Source: an uncultured delta proteobacterium (lineage in GTDB: Bacteria > Myxococcota_A > Polyangia > Haliangiales > Haliangiaceae). From it: a stretch of DNA of 64,000 nucleotides. Of this stretch, positions 1-18,012 are shown one piece after another (the stretch's first letter is position 1; the number at the start of each line of letters is the position of its first letter). The position numbers and the translations under genes are program-made. The DNA lies in NCBI GenBank assembly GCA_963743525.1, contig CAVUQH010000003.1, positions 352,001 through 416,000 of the forward strand, in the 5' to 3' direction. Under the pieces are notes generated by a model. It saw only the letters and a list, made by a program, of their open reading frames with translations. It was not told the DNA's origin and ran no database searches.

Positions 1-19
1 GAAGTCGAAGGACGCAGCG

Positions 20-1087
<1,068 letters not shown>

Positions 1088-1097
1088 TACTGCTCTC

Positions 1098-2981
<1,884 letters not shown>

Positions 2982-3167
2982 GGTGCATCTGTAATGGTTT
3001 GGGTCGGTTCGTCACCCGGGCGTCAGAATGCGCTCCGGTTGGGCGGAGTACCGACAGTTACGTCATGGCTGAATCCGCAGAAGCTACGCGAACCCGCGTG
3101 GATAGGCAATAGGCTGTCCGCCCGGCTTGCGGACTTCCTCTGGCGAGGGGTATACACCTATCGTCTC

Positions 3168-3244
<77 letters not shown>

Positions 3245-3248
3245 GCCC

Positions 3249-3965
3249 GTGCCCAAGCCCCTGGCCGAAATTGCCGTCGATGCCGGGCTCGTCTCGCGTC
3301 AGGCCGTCGTCGAAGCGGCCCGCCGGGCCGACGCCGAGGGCATTCCGCTCGTCGTCGTCCTGGTGCGCGAAAACGGCGTCGACGAGCTCGGCCTGGTGTC
3401 GGCGGTCCGCCGGCAGATGCGAGTGCCGCTGGCCGACCCGGCCCACGTCAAGCTCGACCCGGACGCGCTGCGGGAGCTGTCCCGGGACCTGTGCCGCCGG
3501 CTCAAAGTGGTACCGCTGTCGGTGGCCATCTACGGTCGCGGGCCCCGGCTGCTGCGGCTGGGCATGGCCGACCCCACCGACACGGTGGCCATCGCCGAGG
3601 TCGAGCACGTCACCGGCTGCCGGGTGGACGTCTCGCTGATGCCGCTATCGGCGGTGGAGGAGATGGTCGAGACCGGCTACCGGGCGTTCGTGACCGAGGT
3701 CATGAAACGAGCCCCGGCAGGACCCGGCAATGTGCGGACGGCGCCGGCGCCCCGGCGCCGCGGGGGCCCCGACGACGGGGACGTCGCCGGCGAGGAGTCG
3801 CCCCTGCCCACGACCATGCCGTTCCACCGCCTGTCCGACGAGGCTCACGTGGGGTTGCGGCTGCAGGCCATCCTCGACTTGCTCCTCGAGAAGCGGCTCA
3901 TCACCGAAGATGAGTACGAGGAGAAGGTGAGGCAGCTCATGAAACGCGAGCAGGGCGACGGCTGA
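3249..3965 (+). CDS. GspE/PilB N-terminal-domain protein (no ATPase domain)
   Basis: GTG start just after the tRNA; LAEIAVDAGLVS and LRLGMADPTD resemble the T2SSE N-terminal domain; C-terminal LLLEKRLITEDEY. Confidence 0.75.
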   Translation: MPKPLAEIAVDAGLVSRQAVVEAARRADAEGIPLVVVLVRENGVDELGLVSAVRRQMRVPLADPAHVKLDPDALRELSRDLCRRLKVVPLSVAIYGRGPRLLRLGMADPTDTVAIAEVEHVTGCRVDVSLMPLSAVEEMVETGYRAFVTEVMKRAPAGPGNVRTAPAPRRRGGPDDGDVAGEESPLPTTMPFHRLSDEAHVGLRLQAILDLLLEKRLITEDEYEEKVRQLMKREQGDG

Positions 3966-4035
3966 GCCGGTCTGGAACGCCGGCTCGGGTCGGCTGCGAA
4001 CGGGCGCGCCCAGCCCCGCTGGGCTATAGTTTTGT

Positions 4036-6381
<2,346 letters not shown>

Positions 6382-6562
6382 CGCCCCCGGGCGCGAGACG
6401 GCTTCAACGAAGCCAGCCGCGACCTCGGCGAGTAGCGCCCCCGGGCGCGAGACGGCGTCAACGAAGCCAGCCGCGGCCTCGGCGAGTAGCGCCCCCGGGC
6501 GCGAGACGGCTTCAACGAAGCCAGCCGCGACCTCGGCGAGTAGCGCGCCCCCCCCCGGGCCG

Positions 6563-6694
6563 CTACTTGCGCTGCTTCTTCTTGCTCTTCTTGCCGCGGT
6601 TGCCGCCGGTCTTGGGCGGCCTCCCCGCGTCGCGGTCACGCTGTGCCGCGGCGTCGCCGTCCTGGGTTCCCCACTGAGAACGGCGGTGGCTCAC
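6563..6694 (-). CDS. Small Lys/Arg-rich protein (43 aa; alternative ATG at 6781)
   Basis: GTG start with GGGGAG about 10 nt upstream; C-terminus GKKSKKKQRK uses host-like codons. Confidence 0.45.
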   Translation of the reverse strand: MSHRRSQWGTQDGDAAAQRDRDAGRPPKTGGNRGKKSKKKQRK

Positions 6695-6875
6695 TTTCAA
6701 GGCACTCCCCGAACGGTGGGAGGAACCCAAACGGATCCGCGAGGCGGTCCGACCGAAGCTCGAGCCGAGAGTAGATGCCATATCTCCACGCTACAGGGCC
6801 GATGGATCGGGTCAACTTTCTGGAAGTCACGAAATCGGGTGCGCGTTCTGGTACGATCACCATCTGGGGGACGCG

Positions 6876-7940
6876 ATGTACGACGTCTACATCGAGCGGC
6901 CGCGTGACGCTTCGCCGATCGCCGTAGCTACGCTCGCGGAAGGGATCGCGGCGCAGTTCCGCGTGCCCACGGAGGCGATCGCGCAGCGGCTTTCGGCCGG
7001 ACGCTTTCGCGTCAAGTCGGGAGCCGATCGCGAGACCGCCGAGCGGATCGCGCAATCGCTCGAGGGCCTGGGCGCGATCTGCGCGATCGTCGATGCCGCC
7101 ACCGGTCAGCCGCTGCCGCGCGCGGCCACACCGCCGCCGCCGGCGGCGCCCGCACCTGCGCCGGCCGTCGCCGCGCCGCCATCCACCGCCTCCGACGACT
7201 ACCAGAGCGGCCTGTCCGCCGCCTTCGCCACGCGCGACTCGCAGCAGAGCATCGGCATCCTCAGCTCGGTCGACGACTCATCGTCGTTTGCGCTGGCGAC
7301 CATCGACGGCGACGAGGGTGCGGCCGCTCCGGCCGCTGCCGCCGCCTTCGCCCCGGCCGACGGCGGCGACGCCGACCTGTTCGCGCCACCGGAAGACAAC
7401 GAGAAGCTCGAGGTCGCCCTCGCTCCGATGACACCTCCGCCCGCCGCTGCGCCACCGCCGCCGGCGGCCGGCGACGACGGTTTCCTCACCCTTCAACCCG
7501 GGGAGGGTGGTGACGACTTCGCCCTCCCGCCGACCCGTCTCACCACCGCGGTACCGGAGGCGAGCCCGATCACCCGCGCCCGCCGCGCGCTGGCCAGCAA
7601 CGTCGGCATGCGCCTCGCCGTCGGCGCGGTGCTGGCCGTGCTGCTCGGCTTCATCCCCGCGCACATCGTCGGCGCCATCCGCGAGTCGTCGGCGTACGAC
7701 ACCCCGCGGCAAAACATCGAGCAGGCCGATCGCGCCTACGCCGCCACCGACGTCGCCACCGCCGACGACCTGGCCGAAGCCGACGCCCACCTGAACAAGG
7801 TCCGCGCCGACCAGACCGCGATCCTCCACGGCCGCCGCACCAGCATCGCCATCACCGGCGGCGCGGTTTGGCTGCTGTTCGCCGCCGGCCTCGGCTGGCT
7901 GTGGCTGAAGAAGATCGACTGGGATCGCTGGGCCGACTAG
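6876..7940 (+). CDS. Hypothetical membrane protein (Pro/Ala-rich, two C-terminal TM helices)
   Basis: 354-aa ORF with host codon bias and hydrophobic segments. Confidence 0.7.
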   Translation: MYDVYIERPRDASPIAVATLAEGIAAQFRVPTEAIAQRLSAGRFRVKSGADRETAERIAQSLEGLGAICAIVDAATGQPLPRAATPPPPAAPAPAPAVAAPPSTASDDYQSGLSAAFATRDSQQSIGILSSVDDSSSFALATIDGDEGAAAPAAAAAFAPADGGDADLFAPPEDNEKLEVALAPMTPPPAAAPPPPAAGDDGFLTLQPGEGGDDFALPPTRLTTAVPEASPITRARRALASNVGMRLAVGAVLAVLLGFIPAHIVGAIRESSAYDTPRQNIEQADRAYAATDVATADDLAEADAHLNKVRADQTAILHGRRTSIAITGGAVWLLFAAGLGWLWLKKIDWDRWAD

Positions 7941-7943
7941 CGG

Positions 7944-8825
7944 CTACATCTCCGCCATGCGTTTTTCGCGCCGGCGGGTGACGATCCACGAGATCACGAT
8001 CGAGATGTTGTAGAGGACCACCAGCGGGCCGGCCATCAGGAGCTGCGACATGACGTCGGGCGGGGTCAGGATGGCCGAGATGGTGAACGCCAGGACGATC
8101 CACCAGCGGTTGAAGCGCCACATGCCGCGGTGGGTGACCATGCCGATGATCGACAGGAAGAAGATCAGCAGCGGCAGCTCGAAGATCAGGCCGAAGCCGA
8201 TCAGCAGCTTGCGGGCGAAGCCGATGTACTCCTGGATCGTCAGCAGCGGGTGCAGGCCGACGTGGACGTTGGTGTTGTAGGCCAGGCCGAGGTCGTGCTG
8301 GATCTGGCCGACGTTGGCGGTGGCGTAGCCGAGCAGGAACGCGTAGACCGGCTCGAGCACGAAGTAGTAGCAGAACAGCGCGCCGCCGACGAAGCAGAGC
8401 CCGGAGACGATGGCGAAGACCACGCCGACCCGCCGCTCGCGCTTGTACAGGCCGGGGGCGATGAACTTCCAGATCTGGTGGAAGATGAACGGCGAGGCGA
8501 CGAAGATGCCGGCCCACAGCGACAGCGAGAAGTAGGCCCAGAACGGATCGATCAGCGAGCCGAAGTAGAGCGACGGGTCGCCGATCTCGGGGGTTGCCAC
8601 CTGCTTCTGGTGCCAGACGTGGATCAGCGGCTGCACCAGCCAGACCAGGATCTCCTGGTTGAAGGTGTAGGCGATGGCGAAGCCGCCGAGCAGGGCGATG
8701 ACCGAGTTGCGGATGCGCGTGCGCAGATCGCGCAGATGCTCGACGAACGGCATCCGCGACGCGTCGAGCTCGGCCTCGGGATCCTCCCCGGCGCCGGTTT
8801 CGGCGTCGGCCTCGGTGTCAGCCAT
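7944..8825 (-). CDS. tatC: Twin-arginine translocase subunit TatC
   Basis: MPFVEHLRDLRTR, FIAPGLY, FELP and AILTPPD motifs. Confidence 0.95.
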   Translation of the reverse strand: MADTEADAETGAGEDPEAELDASRMPFVEHLRDLRTRIRNSVIALLGGFAIAYTFNQEILVWLVQPLIHVWHQKQVATPEIGDPSLYFGSLIDPFWAYFSLSLWAGIFVASPFIFHQIWKFIAPGLYKRERRVGVVFAIVSGLCFVGGALFCYYFVLEPVYAFLLGYATANVGQIQHDLGLAYNTNVHVGLHPLLTIQEYIGFARKLLIGFGLIFELPLLIFFLSIIGMVTHRGMWRFNRWWIVLAFTISAILTPPDVMSQLLMAGPLVVLYNISIVISWIVTRRREKRMAEM

Positions 8826-9270
8826 GTGCCAGCTCGTCGTCGTCGTCGCCCTTGGCGACGGTGCCGCCGGCCGACTTCACCACCGGCATGTCCGGGTCCG
8901 CGGCCGGGCCCTCGGCCTCGGCTTCGGGCTCGGGGGCGGGCGGGTTGACGTCCTCGGCCGCGACGTTGCCCTTGGGCAGCGGCAGGGCTGGGCTCGTCCC
9001 GGTTATCGCTGGCTTGGGCTTGGGCCGGCCCTCGGCGGCGCGGGCCGCCATGCGGATGTCGTCGCCGCGCAGGGCGCTCTTGAGGTCGCGCACGGCGTCG
9101 CCGAGCTCGGTGTCCTCGTCCAGCGTCTTCTGCAGGTCCCGGGTCTGCTTGCGGAAGTCGCGGATTCCCTGGCTCAGCTTCTTCGCTGCGTCCGGAAGTT
9201 TATCGGGGCCCACGACGAGGAGGGCGACGATGGCGATGACGACCATCTCCCAGATACCCATGCCAAACAT
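8818..9270 (-). CDS. tatB: Twin-arginine translocase subunit TatB
   Basis: MFGMGIWEMVVIAIVALLVVGPDKLP; overlaps the tatC start. Confidence 0.9.
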   Translation of the reverse strand: MFGMGIWEMVVIAIVALLVVGPDKLPDAAKKLSQGIRDFRKQTRDLQKTLDEDTELGDAVRDLKSALRGDDIRMAARAAEGRPKPKPAITGTSPALPLPKGNVAAEDVNPPAPEPEAEAEGPAADPDMPVVKSAGGTVAKGDDDDELAHG

Positions 9271-9293
9271 GCTGCGGCGGAATATAGCACTCC

Positions 9294-10880
9294 TCATTCC
9301 TCGCGCAGCTGGCGGGCGGCGTCCAACGCCAGGGTGGCAGTCGAAGTAACTTCGGTCAATGTGGCGCGAAGAGCCTCGACTTGTTGGGCTTCTCCGCGCA
9401 GCTCCCCGCGGACCCCTTCCAGCTCGTCCAGGACCCGGCTGGCGCCCTCGGTCTGCTCGCGGTGGGCCAGGGCGATCTGGTGAACCCTGTCGTTCATCGA
9501 CTCCACCGACAGGGCGATCTGCTTGGAACCCTTGTTTTGTTCGCGCGAGGAGCGCTCGACCACCTTTGTGATCTCGCGCATCTGCTCGGCCGACCGCATC
9601 ACCGACTCGGAGCCCTTGGACTGCTCGGAGGTGGCGGTGGCGATCGACTGCACGGTCTCGGCGATCCGGTTGATGGCGTCGGTCACCTGCTTGGAGCCGC
9701 GCGCCTGCTCGACGGTGGCCCGGGCGATGTCCTTGACCATCAGCCGCGACTTGTCGGCGATGTCGCGGATGCGGCGCAGGGCGTCCTCGGCCTGGTTGGA
9801 CACCCGCACCCCTTCGTCGACCGCCAGCGAACCGGCTTCGACCGCCTCGGTCGCGGCCCTGGTCTGCAGCTGCACCGCCTTGATCAGGTCGGCGATCTCC
9901 TTGGTCGAGGCGCCGGCGCGCTCGGCCAGGTCCTTGATCTCGTCGGCGACCACGGCGAAGCCCTTGCCGTGCTCGCCCGCCTGGGCGGCGATGATGGCGG
10001 CGTTGAGCGCCAGCAGGTTGGTCTGCTCGGCGACGTCGTCGATGACCTGGAGGATCTTGTCGATCTCTCCGATCTTGGCGCTGAGCGCGTCCATCACCTT
10101 GGTCGCCTCGCCGGACGACTTCTTGATCTTCTGGATGCCGCCGATGGTCTGGTTGATCGCCTCGACGCCCAGGTCGGAGGCGCGGGTGACCTCCTCGGAC
10201 AGCTTGGCGGTCTCGTTGGCGTTGTTCTGAACCTGATGGATCGACATGTCCATCTCGTTCATCGAGCTCGAGGTCTCCTCGGCGGTGGCCGACAGCTCGT
10301 GGACGTTGCTCGCCACCTCTTTGATGGCGTAGGTCATCTCTTCGATCGCCGACGCGGTGTCGGCGACGGCGTGGGCGAGCACGGTCATGTGCTCGACGAT
10401 CTCGTCGTTGGCGACGCCCAGCTGGGTGACCGAGGCCGACGACTCGACCGCCGATTCTTCCAGCGAGTTGATGCTCTCCTGGGTCGCGCGCAGGGCCGCG
10501 GTCATCTGCTGCAGACCGGCGGCGGTGGCGTCGATGTGGGCGAGCTGGGCGCCGACGTAGCCGACCAGCCGCTCGGCCTGGGCGACCGCGCGGGCGACGG
10601 CGTCACCGTGCGAGGTGCCGAGCTCGGCGACCCGGCTCATCCGCTTTTCGAACGACCGCTCCAGCTCGGCGGCGTCGGCGATCCGATCGTCGCGCGAGGC
10701 GCGGATGTGGCTCCACAACGCCAGCAGCGGGCCGGCGGCTGCGGCCACCGCCAGTCCAACGAGCACACCTTTGGGGCCCCAACGCGCCGGTGCCGCGACC
10801 GCCGTCGCGAGGGCGCCGCCGAGTGGCACGGCCAAGAGGACCCAGAAGAAGGTGTCGGATTGTGGGCGCGAGGATGCCAT
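9294..10880 (-). CDS. Methyl-accepting chemotaxis protein with two closely spaced TM helices and no periplasmic sensor
   Basis: [39 protein letters not shown] signalling hairpin. Confidence 0.92.
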   Translation of the reverse strand: MASSRPQSDTFFWVLLAVPLGGALATAVAAPARWGPKGVLVGLAVAAAAGPLLALWSHIRASRDDRIADAAELERSFEKRMSRVAELGTSHGDAVARAVAQAERLVGYVGAQLAHIDATAAGLQQMTAALRATQESINSLEESAVESSASVTQLGVANDEIVEHMTVLAHAVADTASAIEEMTYAIKEVASNVHELSATAEETSSSMNEMDMSIHQVQNNANETAKLSEEVTRASDLGVEAINQTIGGIQKIKKSSGEATKVMDALSAKIGEIDKILQVIDDVAEQTNLLALNAAIIAAQAGEHGKGFAVVADEIKDLAERAGASTKEIADLIKAVQLQTRAATEAVEAGSLAVDEGVRVSNQAEDALRRIRDIADKSRLMVKDIARATVEQARGSKQVTDAINRIAETVQSIATATSEQSKGSESVMRSAEQMREITKVVERSSREQNKGSKQIALSVESMNDRVHQIALAHREQTEGASRVLDELEGVRGELRGEAQQVEALRATLTEVTSTATLALDAARQLREE

Positions 10881-10937
10881 TGCCCCCGAGATTCCGCACG
10901 ATACCACGGTCGCGCGCCCGGCCCGAGCTCCGCGGGT

Positions 10938-13097
<2,160 letters not shown>

Positions 13098-13101
13098 CCG
13101 T

Positions 13102-14121
13102 TCATCCGAATAGGGTCATCTGTACCGGCGGACCGAGCGGTCGGACGATGCGCCCGCGCCGGTGGAGGGCGGCGGCCAGCGGCTCGGCCTGCCGGTGGGT
13201 GAGGTAGACGCGGCGCGCGCCGGCGCTCTCGATGTAGGCGACCAGCTCGTCGCGGCCGGCGTGACCGCTCCAGGCGACACCGTCGTCGGCGCCGACCGCG
13301 GCGGAGGCATCGGCCTCGGCAGCGCGGCCGCTGACCAGGATCACCCGCCCGCCGTCGCCGGCGACCGCGCGAGCCGAGTCGCGGTGAGCCAGCGGCCACA
13401 GCACCACGCGCCCGGCGGCGTTGTCGCGCGCGCCGACCCGGCGCATCGCCGGCAGCTCGACTTCCTGCGCCCGGCGCAGGCGCTGGGCGGCCACGTGGAT
13501 GGAGCGATGGGCGCCCAGGGCGACGCCGGCCTCGCCCAGCCGCGCGGCGACATCCAGCGCGCGGCCGATCGAACCGACCAGCAGCACCGTGGCCCGATCG
13601 GCGGGGCGTTCGGCCAGGCGACCGAGCAGCGCGGCTGCAGCGTCGTCGGTCGACGGAAACGACGGCGTGTCGTAGGCGGCGGCGACGATCAGCGTGTCGC
13701 ACGGGCGGACGTCGGCAGTGCCGCCCAAACCGCCGCCGCGCGGGTTGACCGCGCCGGCGTACAGCACCCGCTGGCCGTCGACGTTGACCGCCAGCCCGGC
13801 GGCGCCCAGCGAGTGACCGCTGCGCACCAGCTCCAGCCGCCGGGTGCCCAGCGTGAACGGCCGGCCGTACGGGCTCGACAGCACCGAATCGGGCCCGCGG
13901 CCGCCGTCGTCGATCGTCAGCAGCGTCTCGCCGGTGGCGATGATCTGGCCATGGCGCACGCGCCCGACCGCGTCCGCCCGCGACAGGAAACAGATGTCGC
14001 GAGCGCGCAGCGCATCGCACCAGATCGCGGTGCCGCACAGATGTACGCCGTCGCGCCACAGCGCGGTCTCATCGGCCGCGTCGTCATCACGGCTGGGGTC
14101 GCCAAGGGTCACGTCACGCAC
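13102..14121 (-). CDS. MBL/beta-CASP-like exonuclease homologue with a degenerate metal site
   Basis: SGHSLGAA, VLYAG, CDTLIV and WSGHA..EL motifs; the HxHxDH position reads SRADA; start uncertain. Confidence 0.6.
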   Translation of the reverse strand: MRDVTLGDPSRDDDAADETALWRDGVHLCGTAIWCDALRARDICFLSRADAVGRVRHGQIIATGETLLTIDDGGRGPDSVLSSPYGRPFTLGTRRLELVRSGHSLGAAGLAVNVDGQRVLYAGAVNPRGGGLGGTADVRPCDTLIVAAAYDTPSFPSTDDAAAALLGRLAERPADRATVLLVGSIGRALDVAARLGEAGVALGAHRSIHVAAQRLRRAQEVELPAMRRVGARDNAAGRVVLWPLAHRDSARAVAGDGGRVILVSGRAAEADASAAVGADDGVAWSGHAGRDELVAYIESAGARRVYLTHRQAEPLAAALHRRGRIVRPLGPPVQMTLFG

Positions 14122-14157
14122 ACGGTGCCACGCACGCGCTCAACCAGCAACCGCCAT

Positions 14158-14377
14158 GCCGACGCCGACGCCGACGTAGACGTAGACGTAGACGTAGACG
14201 CCGACGCCGACGCCGACGTAGACGTAGACGCCGACGTAGACGTAGACGCCGACGTAGACGCCGACGTAGACGTAGACGACGTAGACGTAGACGTAGACTT
14301 AGTCATAGACGTAGACGTAGTCGTAGTCGTTGACCTGAACGTGAACGTGGACGTCGGCTCCAGCGTAGACGTTGACG
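14158..14377. repeat. Intergenic hexamer tract (GACGTA/GACGCC)n that decays toward 14377
   Basis: Read directly from the sequence. Confidence 0.95.
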
Positions 14378-14518
14378 CTAGACCCGCGCCTCCTCCGGAA
14401 GCTCGCCCGAGCCGCGCCTCCTCCGGAAGCTCGCCCGAGCCGCGCCTCCTCCGGAAGCTCGCCCGAGCCGCGCCTCCTCCGGAAGCTCGCTAGAGCAGCG
14501 CTTCCTCGGGCAGCTCGC
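14378..14518 (-). repeat. 28-bp tandem repeat: four copies plus the related 3' end of the PilZ gene
   Basis: CCGCGCCTCCTCCGGAAGCTCGC at 14384, 14412, 14440 and 14468; diverged gene copy at 14496. Confidence 0.93.
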
Positions 14519-15137
14519 TCTTGAGGAACTTCTTCTCCAGCTCGTCGACCCGGGCAACGAGCTCGGCACGGCTGGCGTCGTCGAGCGAGAAGACGATGCC
14601 CATGCCGGGGACGTCCTCGTCCTCGACGACCACCGTATGGGTGACGACGCCGACCAGCGAGGTCGGCTTTTCCTGCCCGGGGAAGCTGACCAAAAGGTGC
14701 AGCTCGGACTCCTCCGGCAGCGGATCCTCGGTGACGACGAAGATCCCTTCCTCGTTGATGTCGCGCGTGTAGCTCTTGCACGGCCCGTTGACGCCACCGT
14801 AGGTGACCTCCAGGCGCAGCGGCAGGCGCCGTCGCTCGCGCAGGTTGAGCAGGCCTCCGCGGACGAAGCCGTTGAGGTAGTTGACCTTCTCGCGCTCTTC
14901 CGGGCCCAGGGCGACGGTGGTGCCGGCTGGCGCAGGCCCGTCGGCGACGTCCCGGTGGGCGATCACCTGCCCGCGGAGGATGACGCGCGGGCCTCCGCTG
15001 CCGATCGACAGGTCGATGCGCACCGTGTCGCCGACCCCGGCCGTCGCGTCACCGTCGAGGTGGACGGTGAAGTCGCGGGGATCGAACACCTTCACCCACC
15101 GCCCCTTGTCCTCGAGGATTAGCTCGACCCGGATCAC
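14490..15137 (-). CDS. Tandem PilZ-domain protein
   Basis: RERRRLP (RxxxR), DINEEGIFV and PGMGIVF motifs. Confidence 0.8.
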   Translation of the reverse strand: MIRVELILEDKGRWVKVFDPRDFTVHLDGDATAGVGDTVRIDLSIGSGGPRVILRGQVIAHRDVADGPAPAGTTVALGPEEREKVNYLNGFVRGGLLNLRERRRLPLRLEVTYGGVNGPCKSYTRDINEEGIFVVTEDPLPEESELHLLVSFPGQEKPTSLVGVVTHTVVVEDEDVPGMGIVFSLDDASRAELVARVDELEKKFLKSELPEEALL

Positions 15138-15164
15138 CGGGGTCGATTGTAACGGAAACCGGGC

Positions 15165-16130
15165 TCAGCGGGTGAGCTGGACGTCGATCGCGAGCCGGCG
15201 GTGGCCGCGGACGAGCTCGATGGTGAATCGATCGGTGTTCTTGAGGTGGGCGTACACACCAGCCGCGGCGTCGAGGTCGGCGACGTGGGCGCCGGCAATC
15301 GCGCTGATCTCGTCGCCGGCACGCAGCCCCAGTCGGTAGGGGAAGGAGCCGCGGGAGACGTCGATGACGCGGACGCGATCGTGGTCGCGGGCCAGCTGGA
15401 TCACCTGGGACAGGGCGGTGAAGTCGTCGAGGGCGCCGTCGAACTCGGCGCGGGGGATGTGCACGCGCTGGTGCGTGATTTCCGCGAGCGGCGGCAGCTC
15501 GAGCGCGGGAAGCACCGGGCCCGCCGCGGGCTTGGAGGCGGGCGCGGGAAGCACCGGGCCCGCCGAGGGCTTGGAGGCGGGCGCGGGCACGGAGGCGGGC
15601 GCGGGCACGGAGGCGGGCGCGGGCACGGAGGCGGGCGCGGGCACGGAGGCGGGCGCGGGCACGGAGGCGGGCGCGGCGTACGGGTCGACCGGCATCGCAT
15701 TCGCGTACGGGTCGATCGGCTGATCCGCCGGGTTGGTGACGGGGGTAGCGATCGGCGTCGATGTGGGCGCCTTGGCCGTCGGGGCCGCCGGTCCGGGTGC
15801 AGTGTTGCCGGTCTCGGCCACCGCGGGCAGGGTGATGACGTAGTGGGTCGCCCCCGCCGACAGGATCAGCTGGTCGGCGTCGACGGCGGTCACCGTGAAG
15901 CCCTGAAGCGTGTCACCTGCGCCAACCACGACATAGGTGCCGCGGTTTCGGTCGTAGACCAGCGCCTGGTGGGTCTTGGCCAGGACGGCGTCGAGGATGA
16001 CGTGCGGGGCGGGCGCGGGCGTGGCCGAGGCGGGCGCTGCGGTTTCTGCGGGGGCTGCCGGCTGGGCGCGCGCCGCCGGCGCGGCAGTAGCCGCGAGGGC
16101 GAAACCGAGAAGAAGCGCGCGAACCGTCAC
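15165..16130 (-). CDS. Exported Pro/Ala-rich protein with a C-terminal PDZ domain (GspC-like)
   Basis: Signal peptide; LGLRAGDEISAIAG PDZ motif; start uncertain. Confidence 0.6.
   Translation of the reverse strand: MTVRALLLGFALAATAAPAARAQPAAPAETAAPASATPAPAPHVILDAVLAKTHQALVYDRNRGTYVVVGAGDTLQGFTVTAVDADQLILSAGATHYVITLPAVAETGNTAPGPAAPTAKAPTSTPIATPVTNPADQPIDPYANAMPVDPYAAPASVPAPASVPAPASVPAPASVPAPASVPAPASKPSAGPVLPAPASKPAAGPVLPALELPPLAEITHQRVHIPRAEFDGALDDFTALSQVIQLARDHDRVRVIDVSRGSFPYRLGLRAGDEISAIAGAHVADLDAAAGVYAHLKNTDRFTIELVRGHRRLAIDVQLTR
15573..15676 (-). repeat. In-frame 18-bp coding repeat (PASVPA)n, next to a 39-bp duplication
   Basis: GGAGGCGGGCGCGGGCAC x5 plus a partial copy. Confidence 0.9.
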
Positions 16131-16239
16131 GTGCGCATGTGGTGCAACATCCGCACCACGCCGCAACCACCCGGAAGCCGGGAGGCGCTGCCCTCGATCG
16201 TAGTCAGCCGTTCACGCTGGCCCTGACACGGGCGCGCAA

Positions 16240-17133
<894 letters not shown>

Positions 17134-17230
17134 AGCGCCTAAGATTCCTTGGCTTTCAGATCTCGAAGCCTACGAGATCATCCCCCGTGTTGCAACGTCC
17201 CCCCCCGCGTGATATTCGGCTCGCCCAGCC

Positions 17231-18010
17231 ATGAGCGAGGCGCCACGCGCCGACCGGCGCCTCCCGCGCCACGTCGGGATCATCATGGACGGCAACGGCC
17301 GCTGGGCGAAGAACCGGGGGCTGCCGCGGATCGAGGGCCATCGCGTCGGCGCCGACAGCGTCCGTGACGTGGTCCGCTTCAGCCGGCAAACCGGCCTGGA
17401 GGCCCTGACCCTGTACGCCTTTTCCGCCGAGAACTGGGCCCGTCCAGCCGACGAGGTCCGCGGCTTGATGGAGCTCCTGCGCGACTACGTGATCGAGGAA
17501 CGCGCCGAGATCATGGACAACGACATCCGCCTGCGGGCGCTGGGCGAGATCGACCGACTCCCGTCGATGGTCCGCGAGCCGCTCGATGCTCTGATCGCCG
17601 ATTCGGCGGCGAATCAGCACATGGCGCTGACCCTGGCGCTGTCGTACGGCGGCCGCGCCTCCATCGCCCTGGCCGCGCAGCGAGCGGCGGCAGCAGTGCA
17701 GCGAGGGGAGCTGGCGCTGGCGGCGGTCGATGTCGACGCCCTGGACCAGTTCATGCCGCTCGCCGACCTGCCCCCACTCGACCTGCTCATCCGCACCAGC
17801 GGCGAGCAGCGGGTGTCCAACTTCATGTTGTGGGAGCTGGCCTACGCCGAGCTCTACTTCACCGAGACCCTGTGGCCCGACTTCCGCCGCGAGCACCTCG
17901 ACGAGGCGCTCGACGAGTACGCCCGGCGCGAGCGGCGGTTCGGCCTGACCGGCGATCAGGTCGCCGGCATCGACACCGACCTCGGGCCCGGCCCGGGGCG
18001 GACGGAGTAA
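17231..18010 (+). CDS. uppS: Undecaprenyl diphosphate synthase
   Basis: HVGIIMDGNGRWA, FSAENW and IRTSGEQRVSNF motifs. Confidence 0.96.
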   Translation: MSEAPRADRRLPRHVGIIMDGNGRWAKNRGLPRIEGHRVGADSVRDVVRFSRQTGLEALTLYAFSAENWARPADEVRGLMELLRDYVIEERAEIMDNDIRLRALGEIDRLPSMVREPLDALIADSAANQHMALTLALSYGGRASIALAAQRAAAAVQRGELALAAVDVDALDQFMPLADLPPLDLLIRTSGEQRVSNFMLWELAYAELYFTETLWPDFRREHLDEALDEYARRERRFGLTGDQVAGIDTDLGPGPGRTE

Positions 18011-18012
18011 CC

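Noticed and set aside
14109..14306. Poly-ST, poly-DV, poly-PS and poly-RV ORFs over hexamer tracts (also 40632..40955, 46206..46397 and the N-terminus of 44779..46359)
   Set aside because: These are stop-free translations of simple repeats with no RBS or domain support.
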